From the NCBI GenBank assembly GCA_024401635.1, contig JAKSKP010000001.1, positions 21,364 to 85,363 on the forward strand: a DNA stretch of 64,000 bases, read 5' to 3'. The stretch comes from Bacteroidales bacterium (GTDB lineage Bacteria > Bacteroidota > Bacteroidia > Bacteroidales > UBA932). Positions 46,954 to 57,500 of this stretch are shown here, in pieces; positions within the stretch are counted from its first letter, which is position 1, and every line of letters begins with the position of its first letter. Made by a program: the position numbers and the translations under genes. Below the pieces are notes generated by a model. That model ran no database searches. It saw only the letters and a list, made by a program, of their open reading frames with translations, and was not told the DNA's origin.

Positions 46954-47055
46954 GGGCGAAACTCACGGCCTTTCCGGCCTTTCACCACTGCAAAATTACG
47001 AAAATTTGCACAGAATTATTATATTTGCCCCGCAAATTTTCAAAGACCAATTATT

Positions 47056-47424
47056 ATGCAGGGACTCTGGACCATCATTCTTCTGATTATTTCCAATATA
47101 TTCATGACCTTCGCCTGGTACGGCCATCTCAAACTGCAGGAGATGAATATCAGCAACTCCTGGCCCCTGATTCTGGTTATACTTTTTTCCTGGGGTATCG
47201 CCCTGTTTGAATATTTCTTTATGGTCCCCGCCAACAAACTCGGTTCGCAGATAAACGGCGGCCCTTTCTCCCTGGTCGAGCTTAAAGTGATTCAGGAAGT
47301 CATTTCCCTTACCGTCTTCTCTCTTATCGTCCTGTTCGTCTTCAAGGGTGAATCGATACATTGGAACCACATTGCAGCCTTCGCCTGCCTTGTGGCGGCG
47401 GTATTCTTCGTTTTCTGGAAATAG
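47056..47424 (+). CDS. Small DMT-superfamily membrane protein (DUF486-like)
   Basis: SNIFMTFAWYGHL, SWGIALFEY..VPAN, LKVIQEVISL. Confidence 0.85.
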   Translation: MQGLWTIILLIISNIFMTFAWYGHLKLQEMNISNSWPLILVILFSWGIALFEYFFMVPANKLGSQINGGPFSLVELKVIQEVISLTVFSLIVLFVFKGESIHWNHIAAFACLVAAVFFVFWK

Positions 47425-47459
47425 GGGAGCCCCGCAATTCCTGACGTATCCTTTGGAAT

Positions 47460-48386
47460 CTATTCGGTGAGTCTGGCGAGAATGTCGTTCCAGACCTCCA
47501 TTTTGCCGGTTTCGTTGATAAGCTGGTGGCGCAATCCGCTGTAAAGCTTTTTGCTGACGTTGGTGTAGCCTCTCTTGCGGAGGAACTCCACTGCCTCGTC
47601 GTAGGCCTTGTCATCCTTGTGGCAGGGATCCATGTCGCCGGCTATGAAATGTACAGGAATGCCGGTTCTGCCAAGCTTCCAGCCTTTGGGGCAGTAGCAG
47701 TCAGCCATCAGCGAATAGAGGTTGTAGAAGCCGTTGGCGGTGAATCTGAAGGTGCAGAGCGGGTCTTTCTTCATTTCCACCTGGACGTCGTGGTTGGAGC
47801 AGCTCCAGGCCTTTTCGAACTCGGCGGCTTCCTTGGGGAACTTGTCGTTATATCCCTTGAAACTTATCCTCTGCAGGAGTTCCGGCCTTTTGTGCCATCC
47901 TCCGAAAGTGCCCAGTGTCCAGGCCAGAACCCTGCCTGCTCCCTTTGCGGGATTGTCGGCCGGGGTGCCGCATACGAACAGTCTGTCTATGGTGTCGTCA
48001 TAGCGTTTCAGGTATGAACGGACTATCATCGAGCCCATGCTGTGGCCGAAAAGTGTGAATTCCATCGGGCCGTAAGACGCTCTGGCCCAGTCACCTACTA
48101 TCCTGACATCCTCGACCAGGGCTTTCCATCCACCCTTTCCCATATATCCAAGCTCTATCTTATCGTTAATTGAGGCGCCGTGACCGCGGTTGTCGTGTAT
48201 CACGCATATATAGCCTTTGTCCACCAGCCATTCTATGAAGCCGTAGTAGCGTTCCTTGTGTTCGACCATCCCGTGTACCAGCTGGAATATGCCTTTGGCT
48301 CCTTTCAGGTCCTCGGGTTCGAATACGGCGACTGACAGGTCCAGCTTGTCAGCCGATGATGGAAGAGTGAAGAATCTGCTTTTCAT
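47460..48386 (-). CDS. Alpha/beta hydrolase, lysophospholipase-like
   Basis: HGMVEH, DNRGHG, GHSMGS, LRHQLINE; start at MKSRFF. Confidence 0.85.
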   Translation of the reverse strand: MKSRFFTLPSSADKLDLSVAVFEPEDLKGAKGIFQLVHGMVEHKERYYGFIEWLVDKGYICVIHDNRGHGASINDKIELGYMGKGGWKALVEDVRIVGDWARASYGPMEFTLFGHSMGSMIVRSYLKRYDDTIDRLFVCGTPADNPAKGAGRVLAWTLGTFGGWHKRPELLQRISFKGYNDKFPKEAAEFEKAWSCSNHDVQVEMKKDPLCTFRFTANGFYNLYSLMADCYCPKGWKLGRTGIPVHFIAGDMDPCHKDDKAYDEAVEFLRKRGYTNVSKKLYSGLRHQLINETGKMEVWNDILARLTE

Positions 48387-48477
48387 GGAGGTGTTTTTGT
48401 TACGACTGCAAAAATAGTATTTTTTGCTGAACTTAAGAGTATAATTATTATCTTTGTAAATTAGTTGTATTGGGTAT

Positions 48478-51357
48478 ATGCTGAACGATGCCATACTTTC
48501 CGGTCTTGTGAACCTGTTCGCGCTGCTTCAGGCAGGCTCGGACGGTGACCGTGGTGAATCGGAGCTGCTTTTGGGCAGTTATCTGACCCATCACTTCGGT
48601 TTGCGTGACAAGCGTTCATACGTCAATCTGTACAATGACCTGAACGATTTCTATCGTGAGATTGATGTGGACAAGGCGCAGATTGTCAATAATATAGCTT
48701 CCAAGCTCAGGCCCAATATGGAGTCCGGCGAGCTTACCCTGATACTCCTTCGTCTGATGGAGTTCGGCAGTATGGCCGAGGGCAGTTTCGATGCTGCGAA
48801 CCCTCTGTTCCGCACCATTGCGGACCAGTTCGGCGTGGACGGAGAACTGTACAGTTCCTTCTGCGATTATATCAGCGGCACCCAGACCGATTGTGTCAGG
48901 AAGCAGACTTTCGCAGGCTATGAGGGCGAATTCAAGACTCTTTGGATATCCGCCACCAACACCCTTCTTTTCTCATATTGGGGCGACGACGAGATTCTTT
49001 TCAACGACGTGCGCCTGATGAAGGGCATGTTCCAGATATGGCACAAGAGCGGTGTGGCGAAGAACCACAAGGGCGCGCCCATATATTATTCCGGAGTGCT
49101 CAAGGCTTACAGGAAGGATGATTCCGACAGCATAGCCTTCAGCGCCATCGATATCAACTTCCGTTTCCCGGGCAGCAACAACGGTATACACAACCTGTCC
49201 ACAGTGCTGCACAGCGGTGAGCTGGTTGCCATAATGGGAGGCAGCGGAGCCGGCAAGACCACCCTTTTGTCCATACTCAACGGCTCGCTCAAGCCTCAGG
49301 AGGGCAGCATCACCATCAACGGCCACTCCATAGACGAGCCCGAGGTGAAGGGCCTGATAGGCTTCGTGCCTCAGGATGACCTTCTGATTGAGGAACTTAC
49401 CGTATACCAGAACCTTTATTATACCGCTAAGCTCTGCTTCGACGGGATGCCGGAGGAGGAGATGGGCCGTCGTGTGATGAAAACCCTTTCGGACCTCGGT
49501 CTGGAGGCGGCGAAGGACATCGTGGTCGGCTCACCTCTGAACAAGACCATTTCCGGCGGTCAGCGCAAGAGGCTCAACATAGCCCTCGAACTCATACGCG
49601 AGCCGGCGGTCATATTCCTGGATGAACCCACTTCCGGTCTGTCTTCGGCTGATACCGAGAATGTAATGGGCCTGCTCAAGGACCAGACCTACAGCGGTAA
49701 GCTGGTGGTGGCCAATATACATCAGCCTTCCAGCGACGTGTACAAGCTTTTCGACCGTCTGCTGTTGCTGGATCTGGGCGGATATCCCGTATTCGACGGC
49801 AATCCCATAGACGCCGTCACCTATTTCAAGACGGCGGCCAACTATGCGGATGCTCAGACGAGCACCTGCCAGCTGTGCGGCAACGTCAACCCGGAGATAG
49901 TGCTGAACATCATCAGCGAGAAGGCTCTCGACGGTACAGGCAAGATTAGCCAGAACCGCAAGGTCAGCCCGGAACAGTGGCACGAGATGTATCTGGATTC
50001 CCGTCCTGCAGCCGAGAAACCCGAGCCTTCGTCCGTGACGCAGACCAGCCAGAAGAGTCCTTCCCCCTTCAGGCAGATGCTCATCTATCTGGAGAGGAAC
50101 GTCAAGGCCAAACTGTCCAACACCCAGTACATACTCATCACACTGCTGGAAGCGCCTGTGCTTGCGGTAATCTGCGGTTTCCTTACGAGGTACGCGCCCC
50201 AGGCCGGTTACACCGTGATGGATAACAAGAATATGGTGAGCTACTTCTTCATGGCCGTGATTGTCGCCATATTCATAGGTATGACGGGCAGCGCCGAGGA
50301 GATAATCAAGGACAGGGCTCTGCTCAAGAGGGAGAAGTTCCTGAACCTGAACTACAAGTCGTATATATTCAGCAAGATAATATTCTCAGCCGGTGTGGCT
50401 CTTCTGCAGACTGCGCTGTTCATCCTGGTGGGCAACCTGCTGATGGGCCTGCACGGGATGTTCCTGATGTGGTGGGTGATACTCTTCATATCGTCGCTGC
50501 TCAGCAGCCTTATCGGCCTCCTGCTGTCGCAGTGCCTGGGCTCCGTAGTGGCCATATACATCACCATCCCTCTGCTGCTTATTCCCCAGATTCTGCTCTG
50601 CGGTCTGGTCGTGGATTTCTCGGACCTGAACGGCAACAGCACTACGGACAACGTTCCGGTGATAGGTGACGTGATACCTTCGCGCTGGGCTTTCGAGGCC
50701 GTGGCCGTGGGCACTTACTGCTACAACGAGTATGAGCGTCCTTTCTTCGAAGTGGACAGGACAAGGTCGGCTGCCTTCTTCTTCCGCGAGTCCTACATCC
50801 CCGAGCTGCAGTCGCAGCTGGAGAGGATGGAGTTCCTGCGCAGGGAGGGCCGTGAGGGAGCCGATGACTGTCTGCTGACCATCAAGAACAGCCTTCCCAG
50901 ACTGGAGGAGGCCACCGGACTCGTTTATGAAGGCGATTTCAGCTATTCTTCCCTCGAGACTTATTTCAAGGAAATGGATATCGCCCTGGTGCTGATTTCC
51001 AATCAGTTGACGCTGGAGAAGGACAGGGAGCTGACTGAGCTCATCAAGGAGAAGGGAAAGGATGAAATGGTGGCTCTCAAGAAGGCCAACTGCAACATAA
51101 GGCTGGAGGAGTTCGTGACCGGAAGCGCTGCGAAGAGTGCCGTGGAGGTAGTAAAGAACCATATCGTGCCCCGTGCGGGTTACATTTTCCTTACCCCGGT
51201 GAGCCGCAACGGACGCGCTCCTTTCTACAGCAGCGAGAAGATAGTGGGCAGCCTGCATATTCCCACCCTTTTCTTCAACCTGGCCGTGATGCTGATTATG
51301 TGCATACTGCTGACGGCGGTCCTGCTGGCGAACATACCTGACAAAATGAAAAAATAA
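48478..51357 (+). CDS. ABCG-like exporter (N-terminal extension + ATPase + ABC-2 membrane domain)
   Basis: GGSGAGKT, ISGGQRKR, FLDEPTSGL, IHQP; NBD precedes the TMD. Confidence 0.88.
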   Translation: MLNDAILSGLVNLFALLQAGSDGDRGESELLLGSYLTHHFGLRDKRSYVNLYNDLNDFYREIDVDKAQIVNNIASKLRPNMESGELTLILLRLMEFGSMAEGSFDAANPLFRTIADQFGVDGELYSSFCDYISGTQTDCVRKQTFAGYEGEFKTLWISATNTLLFSYWGDDEILFNDVRLMKGMFQIWHKSGVAKNHKGAPIYYSGVLKAYRKDDSDSIAFSAIDINFRFPGSNNGIHNLSTVLHSGELVAIMGGSGAGKTTLLSILNGSLKPQEGSITINGHSIDEPEVKGLIGFVPQDDLLIEELTVYQNLYYTAKLCFDGMPEEEMGRRVMKTLSDLGLEAAKDIVVGSPLNKTISGGQRKRLNIALELIREPAVIFLDEPTSGLSSADTENVMGLLKDQTYSGKLVVANIHQPSSDVYKLFDRLLLLDLGGYPVFDGNPIDAVTYFKTAANYADAQTSTCQLCGNVNPEIVLNIISEKALDGTGKISQNRKVSPEQWHEMYLDSRPAAEKPEPSSVTQTSQKSPSPFRQMLIYLERNVKAKLSNTQYILITLLEAPVLAVICGFLTRYAPQAGYTVMDNKNMVSYFFMAVIVAIFIGMTGSAEEIIKDRALLKREKFLNLNYKSYIFSKIIFSAGVALLQTALFILVGNLLMGLHGMFLMWWVILFISSLLSSLIGLLLSQCLGSVVAIYITIPLLLIPQILLCGLVVDFSDLNGNSTTDNVPVIGDVIPSRWAFEAVAVGTYCYNEYERPFFEVDRTRSAAFFFRESYIPELQSQLERMEFLRREGREGADDCLLTIKNSLPRLEEATGLVYEGDFSYSSLETYFKEMDIALVLISNQLTLEKDRELTELIKEKGKDEMVALKKANCNIRLEEFVTGSAAKSAVEVVKNHIVPRAGYIFLTPVSRNGRAPFYSSEKIVGSLHIPTLFFNLAVMLIMCILLTAVLLANIPDKMKK

Positions 51358-51381
51358 TATTAATATTCAGTACAAAAAATT

Positions 51382-52197
51382 ATGAAAACAATTACCAAAA
51401 TCCTTACGATCGCACTTTGCTGCGCTTCTGTAGTATCCTGCTCTTCTTGCGGAAACAACAAAGGTGAGAAGAAGAACGTCGCTGCTCCCAAGTCAGAGGC
51501 GGAACTCCAGCAGGAGGCCCTCATCAAGATTCACCTTGACAGCCTTACCAACGATTTCTCCAAACTGAAACCCGTAGGTATCGTAAAATCAGTGAAGGAC
51601 GGAAAGGTCGTTCTCGACGAGAAAGAGAAACAGCTGAAGCCCGACTATCTGGTTGATCCCGCTTATGCAAATGACCTCCAGACTCTTGCACAGAAATATC
51701 GCGCCATCGGTATCATCGCAGCCGACAAGGAGATTGCAAAACTCTATGATATGTCAGTTTCAGACTATGACAAGACCCTTGCCAAACTCTACATCGACGT
51801 CAATGATGCCAGCCTGAAGGATCTCGTCAATGCCGAGGACAACTATGAGGCTCAGCTTCAGAAGTTCTATCAGACCAGCAAGGACAACGGCCGTATCAAC
51901 CTGTTCTGGGATGCAACCGCTGCCGCCCTTATCGAAGAGCTCTACATCGCTTCACAGAACGTCGACAAATTCCTCGGCGCTTTCGACGATGAGTCTGCTT
52001 CCAACACTTCTTATCACATCACCCTTCTGAGCATTGCCATCGAGGACCTTGCTACCATCAACCCCGAGTACAATGAGCTGAACGAGTCTCTCGCTCCTCT
52101 CCAGGTGATCAACGCAATCAACCTCCAGCAGTTCAAGCAGCAGATTCTTGACGCGAAGGTACTCATCGAGTCATCTCGTGCCCAGCTTCTCAAATAA
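51382..52197 (+). CDS. Hypothetical helical lipoprotein
   Basis: Lipoprotein signal (VVSCSSC), 271-aa ORF 24 nt after the ABC gene. Confidence 0.75.
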   Translation: MKTITKILTIALCCASVVSCSSCGNNKGEKKNVAAPKSEAELQQEALIKIHLDSLTNDFSKLKPVGIVKSVKDGKVVLDEKEKQLKPDYLVDPAYANDLQTLAQKYRAIGIIAADKEIAKLYDMSVSDYDKTLAKLYIDVNDASLKDLVNAEDNYEAQLQKFYQTSKDNGRINLFWDATAAALIEELYIASQNVDKFLGAFDDESASNTSYHITLLSIAIEDLATINPEYNELNESLAPLQVINAINLQQFKQQILDAKVLIESSRAQLLK

Positions 52198-53482
52198 ATT
52201 CGTCACAGCTGACGAAGCTGTAAGTCACATACCGTCACACGGCCAGATTCATCTGAGCAGTGTGGCGGCTGTGCCTCATATACTTATCCAGGCATTGTGC
52301 CGCAGGGCCGATGCCGGTGACGTGTGCGACCTGCACTTCCACCATTTCCATACCGAAGGCCCCGCACCTTACAGCGAGGAGAGGTATCAAGGCATATTCT
52401 TCGACCAGGGCTTCTTCCTTGGTCCCAACGTACGTGCCAACGTCAATGCCGGTTTCGCCGACTATCTTCCGGTACATCTGGGTGAGACACCCGGCCTGTA
52501 CAGGAAGGGGATAATCAGCCTGGATGCCGCTCTTGTCAGCATTTCCAGGCCGGATTCCCAGGGACGCGTTTCTCTGGGCACTTCAGTGGATTGTTCGGTG
52601 GCGGCGGTCGAGTCCGCCAAACTGGTGATCGGAGTGGTGAATCCCAATGTTCCCTTTGCCTATGGCAATCTCATTGACATAGACAAGTTCGACTATCTGG
52701 TGGAGGATGACACTCCTCTGGTGACGGCGGATTTCGCCCAGCCCACTCCCACGGAGATGCTGATAGGCAAGAATTGCGCGGCTCTCGTGGAGGACGGTGA
52801 CTGCATACAGATGGGCATAGGTGCCCTTCCCAATGCACTTGCAGGGGAATTGTCCGGACACAGGAACCTGGGCCTGCACACCGAGATGTTTGCCGACGGT
52901 CTTCTGAAGCTCATAAAGGCCGGTGTCATCAACGGCGCCGCCAAGAAGATCGACACAGGCAAGGTCGTTGCATCTTTCCTTCTCGGCTCGCAGGACGTGT
53001 ATTCTTTCATAGACAGGAATCCGGCGGTCGATATGAGGGACGTTGCCTATACCAACAATCCCTTCATCATTGCGCAGAACCCGCATATGAAGGCCATCAA
53101 TTCCGCTGTGGAGGTGGACCTGACAGGACAGATATGTGCCGACAGCATAGGCACCCGCATATTCAGCGGTACCGGCGGCCAGCTGGAATTCGTCCGCGGC
53201 GCGACCATGTCCGAGGGCGGTATGTCCATCACGGCTTTCGCTTCCCGTACGCTGAAAGGCAAGAACAAGATAGTGCCCGAGCTCAATCCCGGTGCAGGCG
53301 TGGTGACCCCGCGCTCCGATGCGCATTGGATTGTGACGGAATACGGTGCCGTGGATCTCTATGGCAAGTCATTGCAGGAAAGGGCAAGACTTCTTATCAG
53401 CATAGCTCATCCCGATGACCGCGAGATGCTCGAGCGCGCCGCTTTCGAGCGTTTCGGCAGCCACTTTGCCATTGTAAAATGA
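52178..53482 (+). CDS. Acetyl-CoA hydrolase/CoA-transferase family (4-hydroxybutyrate CoA-transferase-like); start uncertain
   Basis: IQMGIGALPN, LGLHTEMF, SGTGGQLEFVRGA, IVTEYG, IAHPDDR; nearest in-frame start is GTG 52178. Confidence 0.85.
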   Translation: MPSFSNKFVTADEAVSHIPSHGQIHLSSVAAVPHILIQALCRRADAGDVCDLHFHHFHTEGPAPYSEERYQGIFFDQGFFLGPNVRANVNAGFADYLPVHLGETPGLYRKGIISLDAALVSISRPDSQGRVSLGTSVDCSVAAVESAKLVIGVVNPNVPFAYGNLIDIDKFDYLVEDDTPLVTADFAQPTPTEMLIGKNCAALVEDGDCIQMGIGALPNALAGELSGHRNLGLHTEMFADGLLKLIKAGVINGAAKKIDTGKVVASFLLGSQDVYSFIDRNPAVDMRDVAYTNNPFIIAQNPHMKAINSAVEVDLTGQICADSIGTRIFSGTGGQLEFVRGATMSEGGMSITAFASRTLKGKNKIVPELNPGAGVVTPRSDAHWIVTEYGAVDLYGKSLQERARLLISIAHPDDREMLERAAFERFGSHFAIVK

Positions 53483-54318
53483 CCAGTATAGATCTCAACG
53501 AGTGGACATTGAGCGGTTCCGGATATTTCGGTTCCTCTTATTTCAATAAAAGTGATGACTCCGTGCTTCTCAAAATGTTGAAGCCGGAGTTTCCTTTTTC
53601 TATGATAGAGGAGGAGTTCCGTATGGCATCGCTGGTCCACTCGATGGGAATTCCGTCTTCAAAGCCGTTCGAACTGGTCACTGACGGGAAATCCTTCGGT
53701 GCCATCTACCAGAGGTTCTCCGACAAGGTTTCCTATGCCAGGAAGGTGGGGCAGAGCCCGGAACTTATCGAGTCCCTGGCCCGCGATCTGGCTGCCCTTG
53801 TCCGCAAACTGCATTCCACTCCCTGCAGTCCTGAAAATTTCCCCAACGTAAAGGACAGATTGCACAATGCGATACTCGCCGACGATTTCCGCGACGAGGA
53901 GTTCAAGTGCAGGGCCATCAAGCTTCTGGAGTCACTTCCTGACGGACGCACCTGCATCCACGGGGACCTGCATTTCGGCAATGTGGTGCTCTCGGAGGGC
54001 AAAAGCTATTTCATTGATTTGGGAAATTTCTCCTATGGCCATCCCTATTTCGACCTTGGGATGACCGCCTGCCTTATTGACTTCGCCGGCCGCCACAGCG
54101 CCCAGTTCACGGAAAATTTCCATTGCACCCCTGAACAGGGCGTGCAATTCTGCAAGTCTTTCCTCAAAAATTATTTCGGTCCGGACGTTCCTCTGGAGGA
54201 TGTGCTCGAGGAACTGAAGCCTTACTTCGCCTTCTGCCAGATTTTCTCGGAAGTGGCTATGGGCGTACCTTTCTCCGATGACGAGTTTGCCCTTACCAGG
54301 ACGCTGGTAATGGGTTGA
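53479..54318 (+). CDS. APH/choline-kinase-like phosphotransferase (TIGR02172-like)
   Basis: IDLNEWTLSGSG N-terminus, HGDLHFGN and FIDLG catalytic motifs. Confidence 0.78.
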   Translation: MTSIDLNEWTLSGSGYFGSSYFNKSDDSVLLKMLKPEFPFSMIEEEFRMASLVHSMGIPSSKPFELVTDGKSFGAIYQRFSDKVSYARKVGQSPELIESLARDLAALVRKLHSTPCSPENFPNVKDRLHNAILADDFRDEEFKCRAIKLLESLPDGRTCIHGDLHFGNVVLSEGKSYFIDLGNFSYGHPYFDLGMTACLIDFAGRHSAQFTENFHCTPEQGVQFCKSFLKNYFGPDVPLEDVLEELKPYFAFCQIFSEVAMGVPFSDDEFALTRTLVMG

Positions 54319-54335
54319 CAATCACTTTCCCCGAA

Positions 54336-55688
54336 TCAGTCCGCCAATTTCTCCAGGGCTTTCCTCACTTTGTCGAAGGGGAAGCGTGCCATTGTCCTGT
54401 CCATACGGGCGCATATTCTGTCCGTGCACAGATTGCCTATCGAGCCCTCGTGGGTGTAACGCTTCAGCGTATCCTCGACGCTTGTGGCAGTGCTCTTGAA
54501 TTCTCCACGCTCCAAAGCCTCTCCAACCTGCCTGTAAGCATCCCTGAACGGGATTCCGGAGGCGGTGAGCCTGTTCACTTCCTCCACGCTGAATGCCGCG
54601 GCATAGCGGGGATCATCCATAAGGCCGTCCTTGACTTCCAGATTTCCTATTGCGAAATCCATTATCTCCAGGCAGTCGCACAGCTCGTCGAAGACGGGCA
54701 GGTACAGCTCCTTGAGAAGTTGCAGGTCACGGAAGTATCCTGAACTGAGGTTGGTGGTCAGCAGGCGTATCGATTCGGGCACTGAGCATATCCTGTTGCA
54801 GTGGGCGCGTATAAGCTCGAATACGTCGGGATTCTTCTTGTGAGGCATTATGCTGGAGCCTGTGGTCATCTCGCGGGGCAGGGTGACGAAGGCGAAGTTC
54901 TGGCTGTTGAAAAGGCAGCAGTCGGCCGCCAGCTTGCCTATGGTCTCGGCTATGCAGGACAGGGCGAAGGCTACGTTCCTTTCTGTCTTTCCGCGACCCA
55001 TCTGGGCATATATGGAGTTGTAGTCCAGATCCTCGAATCCCAGAAGGCTTGTGGTGAGGCTTCTGTCCAGGGGCGCCGTGGAACCGTATCCAGCTGCCGA
55101 ACCCAGAGGATTGCGGTTTACTGTGTTCCAAGCCGCAAGCAGGCTTTCCATATCGTCTGCGAGGCTTTCCGCATAGGCTCCGAGCCATAGTCCGAAGGAT
55201 GATGGCATCGCCACCTGCATATGCGTGTAGCCGGGCATAAGTTTGTCCCTGTATCTCTCCGATGCTTCGGTGAGCGTGCCGAAAAGCTTGCGCGCGGCGC
55301 CGGCGGTGCGCTCTATGCCGGCGCGGCTGAACAGCTTGATGTCCAGCATCACCTGATCGTTGCGCGAGCGGCCTGTATGCACCTTCTTGCCTATGTCGCC
55401 CAGCTTTCCCGTGAGCGTCAGCTCTACCTGCGAGTGTACGTCCTCCACTCCTTCGCCAATCGTGAAATCTCCCTTGCAGGCGTCCTTGTACAGGATTTTG
55501 AGTTCTGCGAGCAGGATGTCAAGCTCGTCCTTGCCGAGAAGCCCCACGCTTTGGAGCATAGTGATGTGCGCCATAGTCCCCAGAATGTCCCAGGGGGCCA
55601 GGTAAAGGTCAAGCTCCCTGTCCTTGCCTACGGTGAAACGTTCTATCTTTTCGTTGACGTTAAATCCTTTGTCCCAGAGTTTTGCCAT
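54336..55688 (-). CDS. argH: Argininosuccinate lyase
   Basis: HTGRSRNDQ, MPGYTHMQ, GSSIMPHKKNPD. Confidence 0.95.
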   Translation of the reverse strand: MAKLWDKGFNVNEKIERFTVGKDRELDLYLAPWDILGTMAHITMLQSVGLLGKDELDILLAELKILYKDACKGDFTIGEGVEDVHSQVELTLTGKLGDIGKKVHTGRSRNDQVMLDIKLFSRAGIERTAGAARKLFGTLTEASERYRDKLMPGYTHMQVAMPSSFGLWLGAYAESLADDMESLLAAWNTVNRNPLGSAAGYGSTAPLDRSLTTSLLGFEDLDYNSIYAQMGRGKTERNVAFALSCIAETIGKLAADCCLFNSQNFAFVTLPREMTTGSSIMPHKKNPDVFELIRAHCNRICSVPESIRLLTTNLSSGYFRDLQLLKELYLPVFDELCDCLEIMDFAIGNLEVKDGLMDDPRYAAAFSVEEVNRLTASGIPFRDAYRQVGEALERGEFKSTATSVEDTLKRYTHEGSIGNLCTDRICARMDRTMARFPFDKVRKALEKLAD

Positions 55689-55695
55689 TGTCCAT

Positions 55696-56736
55696 TCAGT
55701 TTAGTTCCAGCGAGTCAAGCAGACCGAAATATGTCTGCACTCCCTTTTCAAGTTCTTCCAGAAGTATGTATTCGTCGGCCGAATGCGAGCGTGAGGATTG
55801 CCCGGGGCCTATTTTCAGCGTTGTGAAGGGGCAGATTGACTGGTTGCTGGTGGTGGGGGAGCCGAAGGTCCCCAGGCCGAGTTGCAGTCCGCGTCGTACA
55901 ACGGGGTGCTCCAGAGGGATGGAGGCTCCGTTGTGACGTGTCGAACGTGCCTTCACCTCGCATCTTACGTTGCGCTTCACTATGTCGAGTATCTCGAGGT
56001 TGCTGTAAAGACCGTTGCCGCGCACGTCCACCACGAAAGTGCAGCAGTCCGGCACGACGTTGTGCTGGGTTCCCGCGTTTATCTGCGTCACGCTCATCTT
56101 CACTCCTCCGCAGAATTCAGACACCCTGTCGAAACGGTAGTTCCTGAACCATTCTATGTCATCCAGCGCCTTGTATATGGCATTCACGCCTTCCTCGCGG
56201 GCAGCATGGCCGCTGACGCCCTTTGCCGTGCAGTCCAACACCATCAGGCCTTTTTCGGCAGTCGCCATATCCATACCGGTCGGTTCGCCTATTATTCCCA
56301 GGTCGATTTTCCCTATGTGGGGCAGCAGCATTTCCAGCCCGCCCGTGCCACCTACTTCCTCCTCCGCCGTGACGGAATATACAAGACGGTATGGCTGGGG
56401 CTTGGCTGTCAGTCTCCTGTAGGCTTCCAGCAGGGTTACCAGCGAAGCGCCGTCATCGTTGCTTCCCAGCCCGTACAGCCTGCCTCCGACGGTTTTTGCC
56501 TTGAACGGGTCGAAAGTCCAGGCCGCGCTGTCACGTACCGTGTCTATATGTGCGTTGAGCAGTATTGCGGGTTTGTCGCCTGCAGCCTCAGATTCAGTCC
56601 ACAGGTTGTTGCCTACGCGGTGGACTGGTGTGGGGCAGCCGCCTTCCTTCATATATTTCTCCAGAAAGTCGACGGCCTCCTTCTCCTCGCGGCTGAAGGA
56701 TGGAATGGCTATGAGTTGTTTCAGCAGTTCCTGCAT
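55696..56736 (-). CDS. argE: M20 family acyl-citrulline/ornithine deacylase
   Basis: NAHIDTV, GLGSNDDG, EEE, IGEPT, SHSADE; within the arg operon. Confidence 0.85.
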   Translation of the reverse strand: MQELLKQLIAIPSFSREEKEAVDFLEKYMKEGGCPTPVHRVGNNLWTESEAAGDKPAILLNAHIDTVRDSAAWTFDPFKAKTVGGRLYGLGSNDDGASLVTLLEAYRRLTAKPQPYRLVYSVTAEEEVGGTGGLEMLLPHIGKIDLGIIGEPTGMDMATAEKGLMVLDCTAKGVSGHAAREEGVNAIYKALDDIEWFRNYRFDRVSEFCGGVKMSVTQINAGTQHNVVPDCCTFVVDVRGNGLYSNLEILDIVKRNVRCEVKARSTRHNGASIPLEHPVVRRGLQLGLGTFGSPTTSNQSICPFTTLKIGPGQSSRSHSADEYILLEELEKGVQTYFGLLDSLELN

Positions 56737-57500
56737 ATCGTTGTGCCGGCGTCAAGCCCTATCGCCGTGGCTTTGGTTATTATAACTTCCTTCACTCCGG
56801 CTTCCAGAGCCTTGAAGGCATTGTCCAGTTTGGGTATCATTCCGCCGCTTATCGCCCCTTGGGCTGTGTAGCGTGCATAGGCGTCCCTGTCCATCCTGCG
56901 AATCACGCTGCTGTTGTCATCAGGGTCGGTCAGCACTCCGTCCTTCTCGAAGCAGAATGTCAGGGTGACGTCGTATTCGCCGGCCAATGCGCAGGCGAGC
57001 GTGGAGGCCACCGTGTCGGCGTTGGTGTTGAGCAACTGCCCCTTTCCGTCGTGTGTCAGTGCACAGAAAACAGGCGTCACACCATTCTCAAGGAGGGTTT
57101 TCAAGGCATCGGTGTCCACTTTTACGGGGTCTCCCACATAGCCGTAGTCTATGTCGCCGGCTTTCCTCTTTTCGCTGCGGATGACGTCCATATCGGCTCC
57201 GCTGAGCCCGATGGCATTCACGCCTCCGGCCTGCAGCCCGGCCACTATTTTCTTGTTGACCAGCCCGGCATAGACCATAGTCACCACGTCGAGGGTGTCG
57301 GCATCCGTTATGCGTCTTCCGTCCACCATCCGGGTCTCTATGCCCAGTCTTGCGGCTATGGAAGTGGCTCTGCGGCCTCCTCCCACGACCAGTATCCTCC
57401 GGCCTTCCAGGGAGCTGAAGGACTTGAACAGAGCGTCCAGACTATCCGGATCTTCCACCACCTGTCCTCCGACCTTGATTATGTTCAGAGTCTCTTTCAT
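56721..57500 (-). CDS. argB: Acylglutamate kinase
   Basis: IIKVGG, GRRITD, NTNADTVA, GGMIPKL. Confidence 0.92.
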   Translation of the reverse strand: MKETLNIIKVGGQVVEDPDSLDALFKSFSSLEGRRILVVGGGRRATSIAARLGIETRMVDGRRITDADTLDVVTMVYAGLVNKKIVAGLQAGGVNAIGLSGADMDVIRSEKRKAGDIDYGYVGDPVKVDTDALKTLLENGVTPVFCALTHDGKGQLLNTNADTVASTLACALAGEYDVTLTFCFEKDGVLTDPDDNSSVIRRMDRDAYARYTAQGAISGGMIPKLDNAFKALEAGVKEVIITKATAIGLDAGTTICRNC

